A DNA stretch of 63,425 bases, the filler included, from Octopus bimaculoides (taxonomy: Eukaryota): assembly GCF_001194135.2 (NCBI RefSeq). It is 5 parts of 4 records of this genome, joined end to end, with 100 filler letters (N's around TTAATTAATTAA, not from the genome) between each part and the next. Parts side by side here need not be neighbours in the genome. Positions count along the whole stretch, not along the records: positions 1 to 19,452 come from NC_068981.1; 4 more parts are not named here. One strand, given 5' to 3'. Position numbers and translations under genes: made by a program. Numbering within the stretch: the stretch's first letter is position 1; the number at the start of each line of letters is the position of its first letter. The notes under the pieces are model-generated. The model saw only the letters and a list, made by a program, of their open reading frames with translations, did no database searches and was not told the origin of the DNA. This document shows, piece after piece, positions 1-13,252 of the stretch.

Positions 1-302
1 ACTTATTCTATCGGTCTCTTTTTGCCGAACCGCTAAGTTACGGGGACATATACATACCAGCATCGGTTGTCAACCGATGGTGGGAGGACAAACACAGACA
101 CACAAACACATATATATATATATATATATACATATACACGACTGGCTTCTTTCAGTTTCCGTCTACCAAATCCACTCACAAGGCTTTGGTCGGCCCGAGG
201 CTATAGTGGAAGACACTTGCCCAAGGTGCCACGCAGTGGGACTGAACCCGGAACCATGTGGTTGGTAAGCAAGCTACTTACCACACAGCCACTCCTACGC
301 CT
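1..302 (-). mobile_element. tRNA-derived SINE (family A): tRNA-like head, CORE-like segment, internal TA/CA microsatellite, 3' tail
   Basis: Minus strand from 302 reads ggcgtaggagtggctgtgtggta (A-box-like), ggttccgggttcagtccc (B-box-like), then accttgggcaagtgtctt. The same modules recur many times in the window. Confidence 0.8.
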
Positions 303-332
303 ATATATAACGTTTGTATGTTTTTGTGACTA

Positions 333-525
333 GGTTTGTTCCCCTCTATCGCGTGACAACAGTGTTGATTTGTTTACATCCCAATAATCTAGCTATTGGA
401 CAATAGATACAGATAGAACAAGTACCAGGCTTTAAAAAATAAGTACTGAGGCTGATTCATTTAACTAAAGTTCTTCTAGGCGCTACGCTAACATGGCCCC
501 AGTCTAATGACTGAAACAAGTACAA
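333..525 (+). mobile_element. SINE family A 3' tail fragment
   Basis: Ends in ...cagtctaatgactgaaacaagt + A-rich run; similar to 30700-30920 and to the minus-strand tails at 6505 and 54420. Confidence 0.65.
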
Positions 526-1138
526 AATAAAAGAAAAAATAAATAAAATAAGGAAAAGCCGACAACTATAAAATATGGGAACAATATTTTGTTAAAAGCA
601 ATATTTTTACACAACTCTAAAGAATACGCAATAAATCATGATGATCTATGTGGAAAATCCTTCTATAAGAATTCGAAACTTGTTATCCGTAAACTTAGTG
701 ACCTTATTATTGTGAAATATATGTAAAATTCCTTTGTCTCTAACATTCTTACAATATCGCACAAAAGAATACATGAGAATTATGCTTCTGGTAACATATA
801 CATATGAAAACATATATGTGGGCACGCAGACATCTTTATCTATGAATACACATGCAAACACTCATACTCACAGAAACACACATGTACATGGGCGCGCACG
901 AACAGTTTTCTATTCACTCTATTACCCATGAGAGAGAAATTTCTTCCGCATTCATATTTAGTATTCAGATAGCTCCACTGAGGTATTTTCTCTCGGCTCT
1001 ATTGTTAATAATAATATAAATGGTTTTACGGCACTAGCTTTGTATGTTTCCTAGTCAGACATAGAAATATATTTTCAAAATCATTGAACGCACACGTCCA
1101 TTTTGCAAGTAAGACTGTACTTTATTATTCTGACGTGA

Positions 1139-1139
1139 C

Positions 1140-1208
<69 letters not shown>

Positions 1209-1262
1209 TTATCTATGTCTTCCTCTATCTTTCTATCTATCCCTCTATCTACCTATCTATCT
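1139..1262. repeat. (TCTA)n microsatellite, decaying 3' end
   Basis: Directly visible tandem TCTA. Confidence 0.95.
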
Positions 1263-2182
1263 TTCTTCTTACCCATCTCCCCGTCTCGCTCTGCTTCTTT
1301 CAGTTATTCTAACTTCTACTTCACTGCTATACACTCCTGTTTCCTCCTCCTTGTTCCACTTCCTCCCTCCACCATCCTCTCTGCTCTCGTGTGACCTGTG
1401 GTCAACTTTCTTTTCACTCCAGCCGCTGTGAAGGCAAGACAAACTAGTAGCGTTCTACATCAGATTCGCGTTTGACCGTACGGCTTTTTTATGTTGTTTT
1501 CACTGTCCAATTTTTCCTGTCTTGGTTTACGTTTGGCACCTTGGAATCCTCTGTTTAGTTGGTTGATCCACTACTCAGGAAGAGACTATTCTAGAGTACG
1601 TCCTGCCTTATCTTCGAAACGTCGAGTTAGAATAGAGGCAGCTGATGAATAATTCCAAGTGGCTTTCTGTTTTCCTATGTGTTNNNNNNNNNNNNNNNNN
1701 NNNNNNNNNNNNNNNNNNNNNNNNNNNNNNNNNNNNNNNNNNNNNNNNNNNNNNNNNNNNNNNNNNNNNNNNNNNNNNNNNNNNNNNNNNNNNNNNNNNN
1801 NNNNNNNNNNNNNNNNNNNNNNNNNNNNNNNNNNNNNNNNNNNNNNNNNNNNNNNNNNNNNNNNNNNNNNNNNNNNNNNNNNNNNNNNNNNNNNNNNNNN
1901 NNNNNNNNNNNNNNNNNNNNNNNNNNNNNNNNNNNNNNNNNNNNNNNNNNNNNNNNNNNNNNNNNNNNNNNNNNNNNNNNNNNNNNNNNNNNNNNNNNNN
2001 NNNNNNNNNNNNNNNNNNNNNNNNNNNNNNNNNNNNNNNNNNNNNNNNNNNNNNNNNNNNNNNNNNNNNNNNNNNNNNNNNNNNNNNNNNNNNNNNNNNN
2101 NNNNNNNNNNNNNNNNNNNNNNNNNNNNNNNNNNNNNNNNNNNNNNNNNNNNNNNNNNNNNNNNNNNNNNNNNNNNNNNNNN

Positions 2183-2224
<42 letters not shown>

Positions 2225-2349
2225 TTGCGTGCGTGTGTTCAGCCGACCTTCATTAATCAAGTATCGTTGAGGCTTGTGGAATATCAGATTCGTACATTTG
2301 CTGGGTCACCAATGGCTGGATTAACACATACAGTTTACCCAACAGTTCA

Positions 2350-2615
2350 CTACCTTAAAAATCAATAAAAGTGTAAATACTCCCTTCAGTCATGAATGAC
2401 CATGGGATTGTACTTAGAAAGTTCCCTTCCAAGGTATAAGTCCGGGCAGGGTTGTGTATGGAAGACCAACAGTCTCTCCTCTCCACGCCACCGATGTTAT
2501 CGAAGGGAAAAGCAAAGGCCAATACAGCTTGGCACCAGTAATATCGAAACTCATTTCTACAGCTGAGTGAAGGGGAGCAACGTGAAATAAAGTGTCTTGC
2601 TCAAGAATACAACAC
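2350..2615 (-). mobile_element. SINE-like interspersed repeat fragment with CORE-like segment
   Basis: Contains gagcaacgtgaaataaagtgtcttgctcaagaa, shared with 7340-7380 and 18840-18875. Confidence 0.55.
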
Positions 2616-2824
2616 ATTAAATTGATTAATAAAGGGGGAAAAGAAAAGGAAAGAAAAGAAACGAGATCAAAAGCAAGTGAAATTTTAATGAAGAACATTA
2701 AAATAATGGGTACATGGTACAATAGTTTTATCGACTTACATAAAGAAGTTTAACATTGCTGCCTTCAAAGGGAATAGCTGGAAATTACAACAAACCAGAG
2801 TTACATATCAAGAAGAAGAAGCTC

Positions 2825-3196
2825 TTAGGATCACGATTTTCATATTGAAAGGGAGCTGCAACATCAGGCACTGATAAGCTGCGTTGCTGCTTGAAATAAG
2901 GAAGCCACATTGTAATAATCATACTCGTAACCTAGTCTTTGTACTTCAACAAAATCTTTAGCCTGTTCCTTCGCCAGATCTCCATACATCTCAACACGTT
3001 GACTTAGGAAGTACTTTATCTGTACTTCATCCAGTTTTGAACTTTTCCCGTCTTTCATTACCCTCCCTTTGTGCATCTTTTTCTTTGGATGTCGCTGTCC
3101 AATGTCTTCAGAAGTTAAAATTTACTTATGGAAAATGTAGAACTCGCACCTTTTACACAATAAGAAATACTCCTTTTCTGCTTTAGGATCACGATT
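2825..3196 (-). pseudogene. Unidentified protein-like fragment bounded by 14-bp direct repeats
   Basis: ttaggatcacgatt at 2825-2838 and 3183-3196. The minus strand reads ...LTSEDIGQRHPKKKMHKGRVMKDGKSSKLDEVQIKYFLSQRVEMYGDLAKEQAKDFVEVQRLGYEYDYYN... with non-repetitive composition; family not recognised. Confidence 0.35.
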
Positions 3197-3289
3197 GGGA
3201 ATAATTACGAGGAAGTTTTATTAATTGTTTCAAATTCTGGCACAAGGATGGCAATGTTAAAGGATGGAAGTTAGTTGATTTCATTGATT

Positions 3290-3410
3290 TTAATACTTCG
3301 CAACCACGTAAGGATGAAAGACAAAGTTGACCTCGATGGGATATGAACTCAGAACGTAAAGACGGACGAAGTGCTGGTATGCTAACGATTCTGCCAACTC
3401 ACCGCCTTTA
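3290..3410 (-). mobile_element. SINE family D (Deu/Nin-domain-like) fragment
   Basis: Matches the reverse complement of the copy at 19141 (gttctgagttcaaatt...gaggtcgactttgcctttcatcct). Confidence 0.65.
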
Positions 3411-4794
3411 GAGTTGTAAAGAATATTAGAAATATATTTTATGTAATGCAAATCTTATCTCATATAGAACTAAATATATTGGGTAGAGTGGATAGATATA
3501 TTTATTATACCTAAAATTGGCACACCTACTCTGAGTATCAACCTAGGCTGTGCTGTTCATCACTATAGCCTACAGTTGTGAGCAGCTCAGTCTGGGGTGA
3601 AACTCGGAGTAGACTGTCAATTTTTGACAAAATAAACATATATATACATATGTCTGTGTGCGTGTGTGCATGCATGCATATATATATGTTTGTATGTATG
3701 TATGCATGTCTACATATGTATATAGAAAGACAAAGGAAAAGATAAGTTATTAAAGGAAGGCAGATAGGAACAAGCGGAATGAGAATAAGGTGGTTCTCGA
3801 TTCAGAGTTCAAATTATACCTATCAGAATTTCGGAAAGACCGCAAGTGGTGTTGGTAGGGAAGTGTGTGGGGCATGCGTAAGGCCTTCTTCGTTGTTTCT
3901 CTGGTTATCTTCTGCCATGTTGGTGGAATATCTGAGAGAGTTGAGCATCTCATTAAATGCACTGAATATTTTTTCTCCATCTCAGTTCCATGTTCTAAAC
4001 GTGCTGGGTCAAGTTTGCCTTTCACCTTTCCAGAGTTGATAAAATTGAATTAAAAGAGGAAGTAGTACACCGGAGCCGATTTAATCGTTTATGTCTCTTA
4101 TGAGAACTTTTCGATTTTGTGTACACTTACCATATATATATATATATATATAGTCTGTCATACCGGCCATGATGAAATACTACAAAGTATAGAAAATATG
4201 AAATACCACAAGGTATAGAAAATATTCGCCTTTATATATTTATATATTTAATCCTTTATATTGAACACTCAATATTTCATCTTTTCAATAAGACATATTC
4301 CATATATTCAATAAGACATTCAATACTTTATTTCATAGTACCATCCATTTTTATTTTATTTTATATTATATATTGTATATTATATTATATATTGTATATT
4401 CCATATTCTATNNNNNNNNNNNNNNNNNNNNNNNNNNNNNNNNNNNNNNNNNNNNNNNNNNNNNNNNNNNNNNNNNNNNNNNNNNNNNNNNNNNNNNNNN
4501 NNNNNNNNNNNNNNNNNNNNNNNNNNNNNNNNNNNNNNNNNNNNNNNNNNNNNNNNNNNNNNNNNNNNNNNNNNNNNNNNNNNNNNNNNNNNNNNNNNNN
4601 NNNNNNNNNNNNNNNNNNNNNNNNNNNNNNNNNNNNNNNNNNNNNNNNNNNNNNNNNNNNNNNNNNNNNNNNNNNNNNNNNNNNNNNNNNNNNNNNNNNN
4701 NNNNNNNNNNNNNNNNNNNNNNNNNNNNNNNNNNNNNNNNNNNNNATATATATATATATATATATTGGAAGGTTTGGAGGTGATGTACAGGAAT

Positions 4795-5032
4795 TATATA
4801 TTAGAAAAAATAATAATTAGGTACTCAGATGGCTGGATGGTTGTATATTTACAGATTTTTATTCATGTCACGTTTTATAAATTAGCGCTTTCACCTAGTC
4901 TTTCACCTAGTTTGATAACCCTACAAGACTAGGTGAAAGCGCTAATTTATAAAACGTGACATGAATAAAAATCTGTAAATATACAACGATCCAGACATCT
5001 GAGTACCTGATTATTATTTTTTCTAATATATA
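4795..5032. repeat. Fold-back element, 108-bp inverted arms, 22-nt spacer; probable PLE pseudo-LTR derivative
   Basis: 4795-4902 is the near-perfect reverse complement of 4925-5032; both arms carry GAAAGCGCTA. Confidence 0.85.
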
Positions 5033-6504
5033 TATAATTAAGTATTGAGATATTCTATTGACAATCCAATAATTTATTTATATATATTTTTTTCTAATAT
5101 ACATAATCACGGTTCCGTTATATATATAGTCACTTCAGGGTCTTTTGGTTTAGAAAGAGACGAAATTCCGTGTGAAAGGAATATATATATATATATTGAT
5201 GCGACCGCCAATAAGCAAAAATAATGTTATGTCCTTATACCTCGATCTGGTGGGTTTGAAACCGTTTCTAGTTGGTCAGGGCATTGGTATTTCCTTCGTC
5301 CTGTCAACAAGCACAGTTATTTTTAGCGTAGGAGTGTGATCGCTGACCCTTTCCGGTCATCGAAAGTTTAGAAAAACAAGTTAGGAACTGTACTAAACTG
5401 ACCCAGCTTTGGAGTGGGGTAACGTAGCACTTTTGGGTACGGTGTCTCATAAATACGAGAGGATAGATTTGGGAATCGCAGTTGGTGTAAGCGGTCAGCC
5501 AGTGAAGATGGACAAGCAGTTGGCGTAAACAAAGTCATTGGATGAAGAACGCGAGCCGGTGTGAAGGCCAGTAGCCAGTGGAGAAGCAAGATGAACAGAG
5601 AGACTGACAGACAGAGGCTGAGAGAGAGAGAGGCTATTGTCAGAAGGTACCAGTCAGCAGAAATGGATAGAGTCTGAAAGAGAGAGGGACAGAGAGATGG
5701 GACTGTTGTGGCAGGCAAAAGATTGTAGTAGACTACGTTGGTCAGTTCTTGTCATTGTAGTGGGAGATTTGAAGGAAAGGAAATTCTTGCGGTGAAGGTT
5801 TGTTTGCATTTCTTTAAAGAAAAGTGTACTTGCGTTGTTATATGTTTTTGCAAAGAACTTTGTTAACTCTTGTTAATTGTGATATTAACTGGTTGAAAAA
5901 AAAGAAAAGAGAGAACTTTGTTGTTACATGTTGTTAAAAAGAAAAGAAAAACAAAAGAAGNNNNNNNNNNNNNNNNNNNNNNNNNNNNNNNNNNNNNNNN
6001 NNNNNNNNNNNNNNNNNNNNNNNNNNNNNNNNNNNNNNNNNNNNNNNNNNNNNNNNNNNNNNNNNNNNNNNNNNNNNNNNNNNNNNNNNNNNNNNNNNNN
6101 NNNNNNNNNNNNNNNNNNNNNNNNNNNNNNNNNNNNNNNNNNNNNNNNNNNNNNNNNNNNNNNNNNNNNNNNNNNNNNNNNNNNNNNNNNNNNNNNNNNN
6201 NNNNNNNNNNNNNNNNNNNNNNNNNNNNNNNNNNNNNNNNNNNNNNNNNNNNNNNNNNNNNNNNNNNNNNNNNNNNNNNNNNNNNNNNNNNNNNNNNNNN
6301 NNNNNNNNNNNNNNNNNNNNNNNNNNNNNNNNNNNNNNNNNNNNNNNNNNNNNNNNNNNNNNNNNNNNNNNNNNNNNNNNNNNNNNNNNNNNNNNNNNNN
6401 NNNNNNNNNNNNNNNNNNNNNNNNNNNNNNNNNNNNNNNNNNNNNNNNNNNNNNNNNNNNNNNNNNNNNNNNNNNNNNNNNNNNNNNNNNNNNNNNNNNN
6501 TATA

Positions 6505-6640
6505 TATATATTCTTTTACTTGCTTCAGTCATTTGACTGTTGTCATGCTGGAGCACCCCCTATTAGTCGAAGAAATCGACCCCTGCACTTGTTCTTTGTA
6601 AGCCTGGTGCTTAGCCTATCGGTCTCTTTTGCTGAAACAT
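6505..6640 (-). mobile_element. SINE family A tail
   Basis: cttttacttgcttcagtcatttgactg...atgctggagcac...ctatcggtctcttttgc matches other copies. Confidence 0.7.
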
Positions 6641-7204
6641 GCTGGCCACTGATAAATCATCAACTAATGATGTTATCCTATTTATGTATAAATATTATTC
6701 ATTCACTCCACAAACATGTTTGCTGCGGAATTATTCCGAGTAAATATGCACATGACTGAACTGGATGACGGGGCTTTTACTTCGTGTATATATGTGAAAT
6801 GCATGTATATATTCATATTTGTACGACTGTATAACTATAGGCATGTATATATAATTCTCATTTATTTACGATCGGTGTACTATACCGAAGATTGTAAAGC
6901 AATTTTAATATTGTAAAACATGAAATCTTATGATATAGAGTTGTCTACACTATTTTTATAAATTCTTTCTGTCCATTTTCCTCGCATACAGCCTTGTGTT
7001 AGACAGAGTAATAACTTACGTGGTTTGTAGTCGTTTGCCGTCTATTTCTAGCGTACAGGCGCTGTCCCTCCAGCGCCCTTTATTATAATTATATTTTTAT
7101 AATTATACTTTAAATATTAATTTAACCCATATGGTCTTTTTTGTACGTTGGCCACTGATAAATCATTAGCTAATGACTTTATCCTGACTATGTATATAAA
7201 AAAA

Positions 7205-7395
7205 ATAAATGCGCCCTTTTAAAGCCTAGCCAGGCTCATGGGCCCGGTTTCCCGGTTTCAATGGCGTATGTGTTCCCCAGCTGGACGGGACGCCAGTTCA
7301 TCGCAGCGTTACTCATTTTTGCCAGCTGAGTGTACTGGAGCAACGTGTAATGAAGTGTTTTGCTCAAGAACACAACGCGTCGCCCGTCCAGGTTA
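7205..7395 (-). mobile_element. SINE family C body/tail
   Basis: Reverse complement matches 16900-16990 (gagtaacgctgcgatg...ccagctgggg...ctaggctt) and carries the CORE-like segment. Confidence 0.65.
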
Positions 7396-8529
7396 AGGTT
7401 TGGATAAAGGTGTATAGTTATAGCTCATCCATTTAACACTGCGAAGTTTGGGAATAAGTACCAAACCCTGTCGGCTCTTTTCATTCAAAAGAAAATGAAA
7501 AAAAGAAAAGAAAGAAAATACGACGTTTAACCCAAGTTAGATTCGACCGAGTTGACATAATCACGTGCCCCACAGTCTGAATAGGTAAACCTGTGGGCTG
7601 ACTCGGTGTATTTACCTTTATTTGTCTACAGCGAGAAATTTTCTTCATGACAAAACAGAGTGAGTGGCTTTCTTGCGGGTTCGAATATGCCTCAAGCATA
7701 TTTGAACTGGTAACAAGTTTGTATTTATATGCATCATTGCTTAGCGCTGTCACTTCGCATAATCAAAAGTGTTCAAGCTGTATTTTCTTTTGTATTGGGT
7801 GATTTACCTTAAATCATCCTTGACTGAACAGACCTGTTATCAAAGACGCTCCTACCATGACCAGTCCGTCTTTTATTGAGGGCATCTATGATTATCTGAT
7901 AGTTAATCAAATTGGTAGTAGATGATATAAGCGAGATTTAGCTGCTTAATCACATAAAAATTTCCCCGTTAATTCGAAAGAAGATATCACTTGCAGAATG
8001 GCGAATCAATTAACTTATAACTCTCACACACGCACACGAACATTGGCCGTGTGCCTATATAAGAATTGTCATTGCATATTCAATTAGCGACTTAATTGTT
8101 TTACATGAAGACTGTCAAATTTCTCCCCCGGAGACATATGCATGCTGTGAAGGTAAACAACAGGAGTGAGCAAATAAACATTGACATATTTCTATTTTTA
8201 AAAATGTCTTTGTTGATGCGTTTAAATGCGAAGCGAACACAAGAAAGTACATATGATACTTACACGCCGCGTATTTATTTAAAGATCATACAATTTTTCC
8301 ATATATGTGCCGCGATGAGGCTGGGTGTCTAGATGGTCGTTCGACCTGTTAGAAATAGCAGCAAAATCTCCCGCAAATCAAACTTTGCTGTTGTACAAAT
8401 AAAAGGAAGGACACACTACATAACGTCTTTGTTCATTTTTAAAAATCGGTTTGGTCTGAAGGAAACGTTACAGTTACGGTCTTTGCCGGTCTTCCGCGAC
8501 CATCTATCTACACTGATACCGTAAATGTC

Positions 8530-9420
8530 CTGTCTGAATCAATGCAAGTTGATAGCAGCAGGAAAAACATGTCCAAGGAGAGAATTCCAGAAGGTCGACG
8601 TTCTAGGAAAGAAGGACAGGAAGGTAATGGTTAGTGATAAGGTTTGTGATAATGGTTAGTGGTAAGGTAATGGGTGATAAGAAAGGAAGAGATGAATGAG
8701 TTCGAAGTATCTAAGTAGATGGAACCCAAGAACAGCCAGTACCAAAAAGCAGAGGTCGTTATAGTAGAAGCGGAAAGGCAAAGAGGAAAGAATATGCCTG
8801 TGAGCAAGACTAAAGTGTACTCGTGGGCGAAATCGTATTATTTTTGTATTCTAAGATGTTCGTTTGTGTAGCTGCAGCACAGTCCCAGATGTGGAAGCAG
8901 TACTCTACTGATGATCTCCCCAAAGCTTTGAAACAGGCTCGTTGTTGAAGAGAGAGTGAAGTTTGATGTAGTTTACTTTTCTGGCTTTGAAAAAGCAGAT
9001 TAATCTTTGAGATGTAGTCTTTATTATGTTGAGAATGCATGTTCGTCAAAGAAATTTCAGTGATGATAAGGACTTGCACTTAAACTGAAAAGCAGTATCA
9101 CATTTAATCTAAACATGAACAACATACTGTTCAGGTTTAAGAGATAGCGTGAGGTGCGATAGAGTTACCTTGGTGTGCACAGTAACTGTATCGTTTTGCT
9201 TTTTGAACGAGTCAAAAATTGACATGACTCCATCAGAAGATACTTTCAAGGTTTTCTTTCATGAAGTTTATAAGGTATCTCGGTTGCATACTTAGGTACG
9301 GAAGATTAGAGATAAATGAGGGATGGTATCATCTGCATAGGGATAGGTTTGGAATGACGGCAAGAACATCATTGATGTTGGAAGGTAAGTGGGAGAACAA
9401 AACCTAAGGAATACAAGAAT
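8530..9420 (-). mobile_element. CR1/L2-type LINE RT C-terminal fragment, frameshifted
   Basis: YADD motif (tatgcagatgat on minus, 9328-9339) and the downstream 'VEYCFHIWDCAAATQTNIL' segment resemble CR1/L2 ORF2 C-termini; many stops. Confidence 0.65.
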
Positions 9421-9464
9421 TGATACTGTATGGATCAGACAGACAGACAGGCAGGCAGAGACAG

Positions 9465-10664
9465 AGATAGATAAAACAATGTTTTATACCCAGCTGAGAG
9501 CCGTACTTGGAAAAATCCCCAATTCTGATAAAGTCATTCTACTGGGGGATTTTAATGCCAGAGTTGGAACAGACTGGCAAACATGGAACTCTCTAGGACG
9601 TTTTGGAGTAGGGAAAATGAATAGCAATGGTCTCATGCTACTGGAGCTTTGCGAAGAACGTGGACTTTACATCGCAAGCACTCATTTTGTGCACAAAGGT
9701 GATCACACAACAACATGGATGCACCCAAGGTCCAAAGTTTGCTGGATTATGTCATCATCCGCAAGCGCGACGTTTATGACATTTGTAATGTCAAGTCCTT
9801 CCATGGATCAGAATGCTGGACAGACCACAGTCTGGTGCGAGCAAAGTTCCGAATGGTAATTAGAGTAAAAGAGAGAAGAGGACCAGTCAGCATTCCTCGC
9901 CGTCTAAATGTCCAGAAGGTGTATGATGTGGTTAGGAAAGAACTTCAGACTCGCTTGTCCAGCATTGAAACTGCTGCAGCATGGGAGGATTTTCGAGACC
10001 ACGTTCTACAATGTGCAGCCGAAACCCTGGGATATGTTACTGCCAGACACAGAGACTGGTTTGACGAGAATGATGCTGAAGTTCAGCGAGTACCTGGGCA
10101 GCACACTCAGCCATTCTTGCTCCCTGGATGAGGAAATATGAGCAACTAATTCCTTCCGGTCTCTTCAGTCTTGTGTCTGGTCCCAGCATGGCATAGCAAG
10201 GCAAACAAAAGTTGCTGTGTACCGTGCTTGTGTACTAACATCGCTCCTCTACTCTTGTGAAACATGGACTCTGTACAAACGTCAGGTAAGGGTCCTCGAA
10301 TGCTTTCATCAGAGATGTCTCAGGCACATTCTCAATGTTGGCTGAACCTCAAGGATTCCAGACGGACAGATCCTGAGGACAGCTGATATCTTGAGTATTG
10401 AGGCAATGGTGCACAAGCACCGGTTACGTTGGACTGGACACGTTATTAGAATGAAGGATTGCAGGATTCCTAAGCAGATGCTCTATGGAGAACTTGTGAA
10501 TGGAAGGAGACTTCGGCAGAAACCAAGGCTGCGCTTTAAGGACTGTGTCAAGTCCTCATTAAAGGCTTGTGATATGCAGGACACTGACTGGGAGAACAAT
10601 GCCTGTCATCGCCACAGATGGAGGAAGCAGGTTAAGAAGGGGATCAACACTTTTGAGAGAGCAC
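9465..10664 (+). mobile_element. RTE-clade LINE remnant: APE endonuclease C-half joined to ORF C-terminus, RT core deleted
   Basis: ILLGDFNARVG, NGLMLLELC, TWMHPRSK, LDYVI, TDHSLV (APE); WFDEND; then EYLGSTLS, TSLLYSCETW, RLRWTGHVIRM, PKQMLYGEL, PRLRFKD. All are RTE hallmarks; truncated by a gap. Confidence 0.9.
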
Positions 10665-10964
10665 NNNNNNNNNNNNNNNNNNNNNNNNNNNNNNNNNNNN
10701 NNNNNNNNNNNNNNNNNNNNNNNNNNNNNNNNNNNNNNNNNNNNNNNNNNNNNNNNNNNNNNNNNNNNNNNNNNNNNNNNNNNNNNNNNNNNNNNNNNNN
10801 NNNNNNNNNNNNNNNNNNNNNNNNNNNNNNNNNNNNNNNNNNNNNNNNNNNNNNNNNNNNNNNNNNNNNNNNNNNNNNNNNNNNNNNNNNNNNNNNNNNN
10901 NNNNNNNNNNNNNNNNNNNNNNNNNNNNNNNNNNNNNNNNNNNNNNNNNNNNNNNNNNNNNNNN

Positions 10965-11034
<70 letters not shown>

Positions 11035-11699
11035 TTTATATTCTTGCTGCTGCATAAGCGTCATTAACGAAGATTTCAAACGAGATAGATTCGAGGCTTT
11101 GATAGAAGGCGCTCACCGGAGATGGTACGCAGTAAGGTCGAACTTGGAGCCACGTAGTTGCAATGACCTTAGTAATCACAGCAGCCATACACGCGTCCTG
11201 CATACCAACAGATATGAAAACATGCGCACAGAACTATGTATAGACTGTGTATACATACATGAATTATAAGGAACCGAGTGTGGACCTTCTGCACAGTCAC
11301 TTCCCTTGTTGTAAATAGCAACCATGTCTTTAAATCACACCTCACTGTATGGCTCATCATGTAGACATGCATATACAAAATGATGGGGTGGCTGGAACCT
11401 GGAGCTAAGCAACGCCAATAGTACCAATAACATTATTAAGAAGTCTCTAAAATGGTCTCTAAAATTGGTTGCATTAACAGGCGTCGTATTTGGCAGTGAA
11501 ATTGATAAATTGTTGGCGTACTACATTAACCAGTCCGAGAACTTTTTGATACCGCCTCGTATCTTCTATTATAATTCCATTAAAGCGGCTCTCAACCATT
11601 TTACCATCGCGATACACTTTGGCAAATCTATAATCTTCTGTAACACTTTATTAGGTGTTTAAATAAAATTAAAATAAGAAAACACATTTGTGCAGTTTA

Positions 11700-11970
11700 A
11701 CTTTATCTTTTATCTTTTACTTGTTTCAGTCATGCTGGGACACTACCTTGAAGGGCTTAGGAAAAACATCGACCCAAGTTTTTAAGTCTGGTATCTATTC
11801 TATTTTTCAGTCTCTTTTATCGAACCACTAAGTTACGGGGATGTACACAAATCAACACTGGTTGTAAAACGGTACAGGAACAAACACAAATACACACTTA
11901 CATATACACATACATACATGCATACATACATGCATACATACATACATACATACATACATACATACATACA
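11700..11970 (-). mobile_element. SINE family A tail plus (ACAT)n
   Basis: cttttacttgtttcagtca...gaaccactaagttacggggatgt matches 1-70. Confidence 0.7.
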
Positions 11971-13205
11971 GCTTCTATATCCAGACTATGAATTCATATT
12001 CATATCAATAATAATTGGGGCACTAGGTTTTGTTACTAAATGCTTAAAGGAGAATCTGGATAAACTGGTATTTTCAGAGAGAGAAATCGACTGACTAATT
12101 CGTACAAGTGCAATCTGTGAGTGGAACAGTAAAAATATGCAAGAATTTTCTCAAGCTCCAAATGTGAATTTGTCTGTGTTAACTACATCCCAAAGATGGA
12201 GCCTTGTATCTTTGTTGGAAACCGGCTCCCTCCTCGGTGGAAAATTTACAATAATTTTTAAAAATAGAAGAGACACATACATACATACATACATACATAN
12301 NNNNNNNNNNNNNNNNNNNNNNNNNNNNNNNNNNNNNNNNNNNNNNNNNNNNNNNNNNNNNNNNNNNNNNNNNNNNNNNNNNNNNNNNNNNNNNNNNNNN
12401 NNNNNNNNNNATATATATATATATATATATATAGTAGTTGAAAAATATCGTTATAGGTATAAAATTACCATAAACAATTATAGAAAAATGGAGGAGAAAA
12501 AGATGTTGAATCAAAATTAGATTTAATACAAAATAGGATTCAATACATACGTGCATTTCAAAGGACAATACAAATATGTAAGAAAATAATTTTAACCATA
12601 GGAATTATAATTAAATTTATGCATTGTCATTTTCATCAGTGTGAGGAATTTTTGTAAAGACATCAAAAAAGGTTTAATAAAATAAAGTAAATTAAAATAA
12701 GATAAAATAAGGGAGAATACAAATGGGGTAATAGGGAAAAAAATCGGATATTTACAAGCAAGCTGTAAAAGGGAAAAAATAACAATAATAATAATAGAAA
12801 GAGGGATGAAAGAGAAAAAAAGACAGACATATCAATGTGTATGCACGTGTATATGTGCAGTAAATTATAACATAAAAGTAAGAATGAAAAGCTAACGGGT
12901 ATGTTTTAAAAAAATGGTAACAGGTCGAAACAAAGCATAATAAACAGGGCCACGTGTGTATAGTAGTATATATAACGTAACAGGTGGACTAGTAGAAGAA
13001 AAAAACCATAAAGAGTTATACATATTAATATTGAAAAACGAAAAAAATATATGTATATATATTTTACACGAGGCTAAAATGTGATACGCAAGACTATGTT
13101 TGAAAAAAGTTACAATGTTAAAGTAAAAATGTACATACATGCAGAGAAGAAACCAAAGAGAACTTAACAAGGAAAAACACATTGATTAGACAATACCGGC
13201 CGGTA

Positions 13206-13252
<47 letters not shown>

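Noticed and set aside
3750-4039. Overlapping ~90-aa ORFs on both strands
   Set aside because: No recognisable motif or convincing splice sites; cannot support an exon.
5368-5900. Purine-rich block, possible solo LTR
   Set aside because: No TG...CA ends, TSD or second copy identified.
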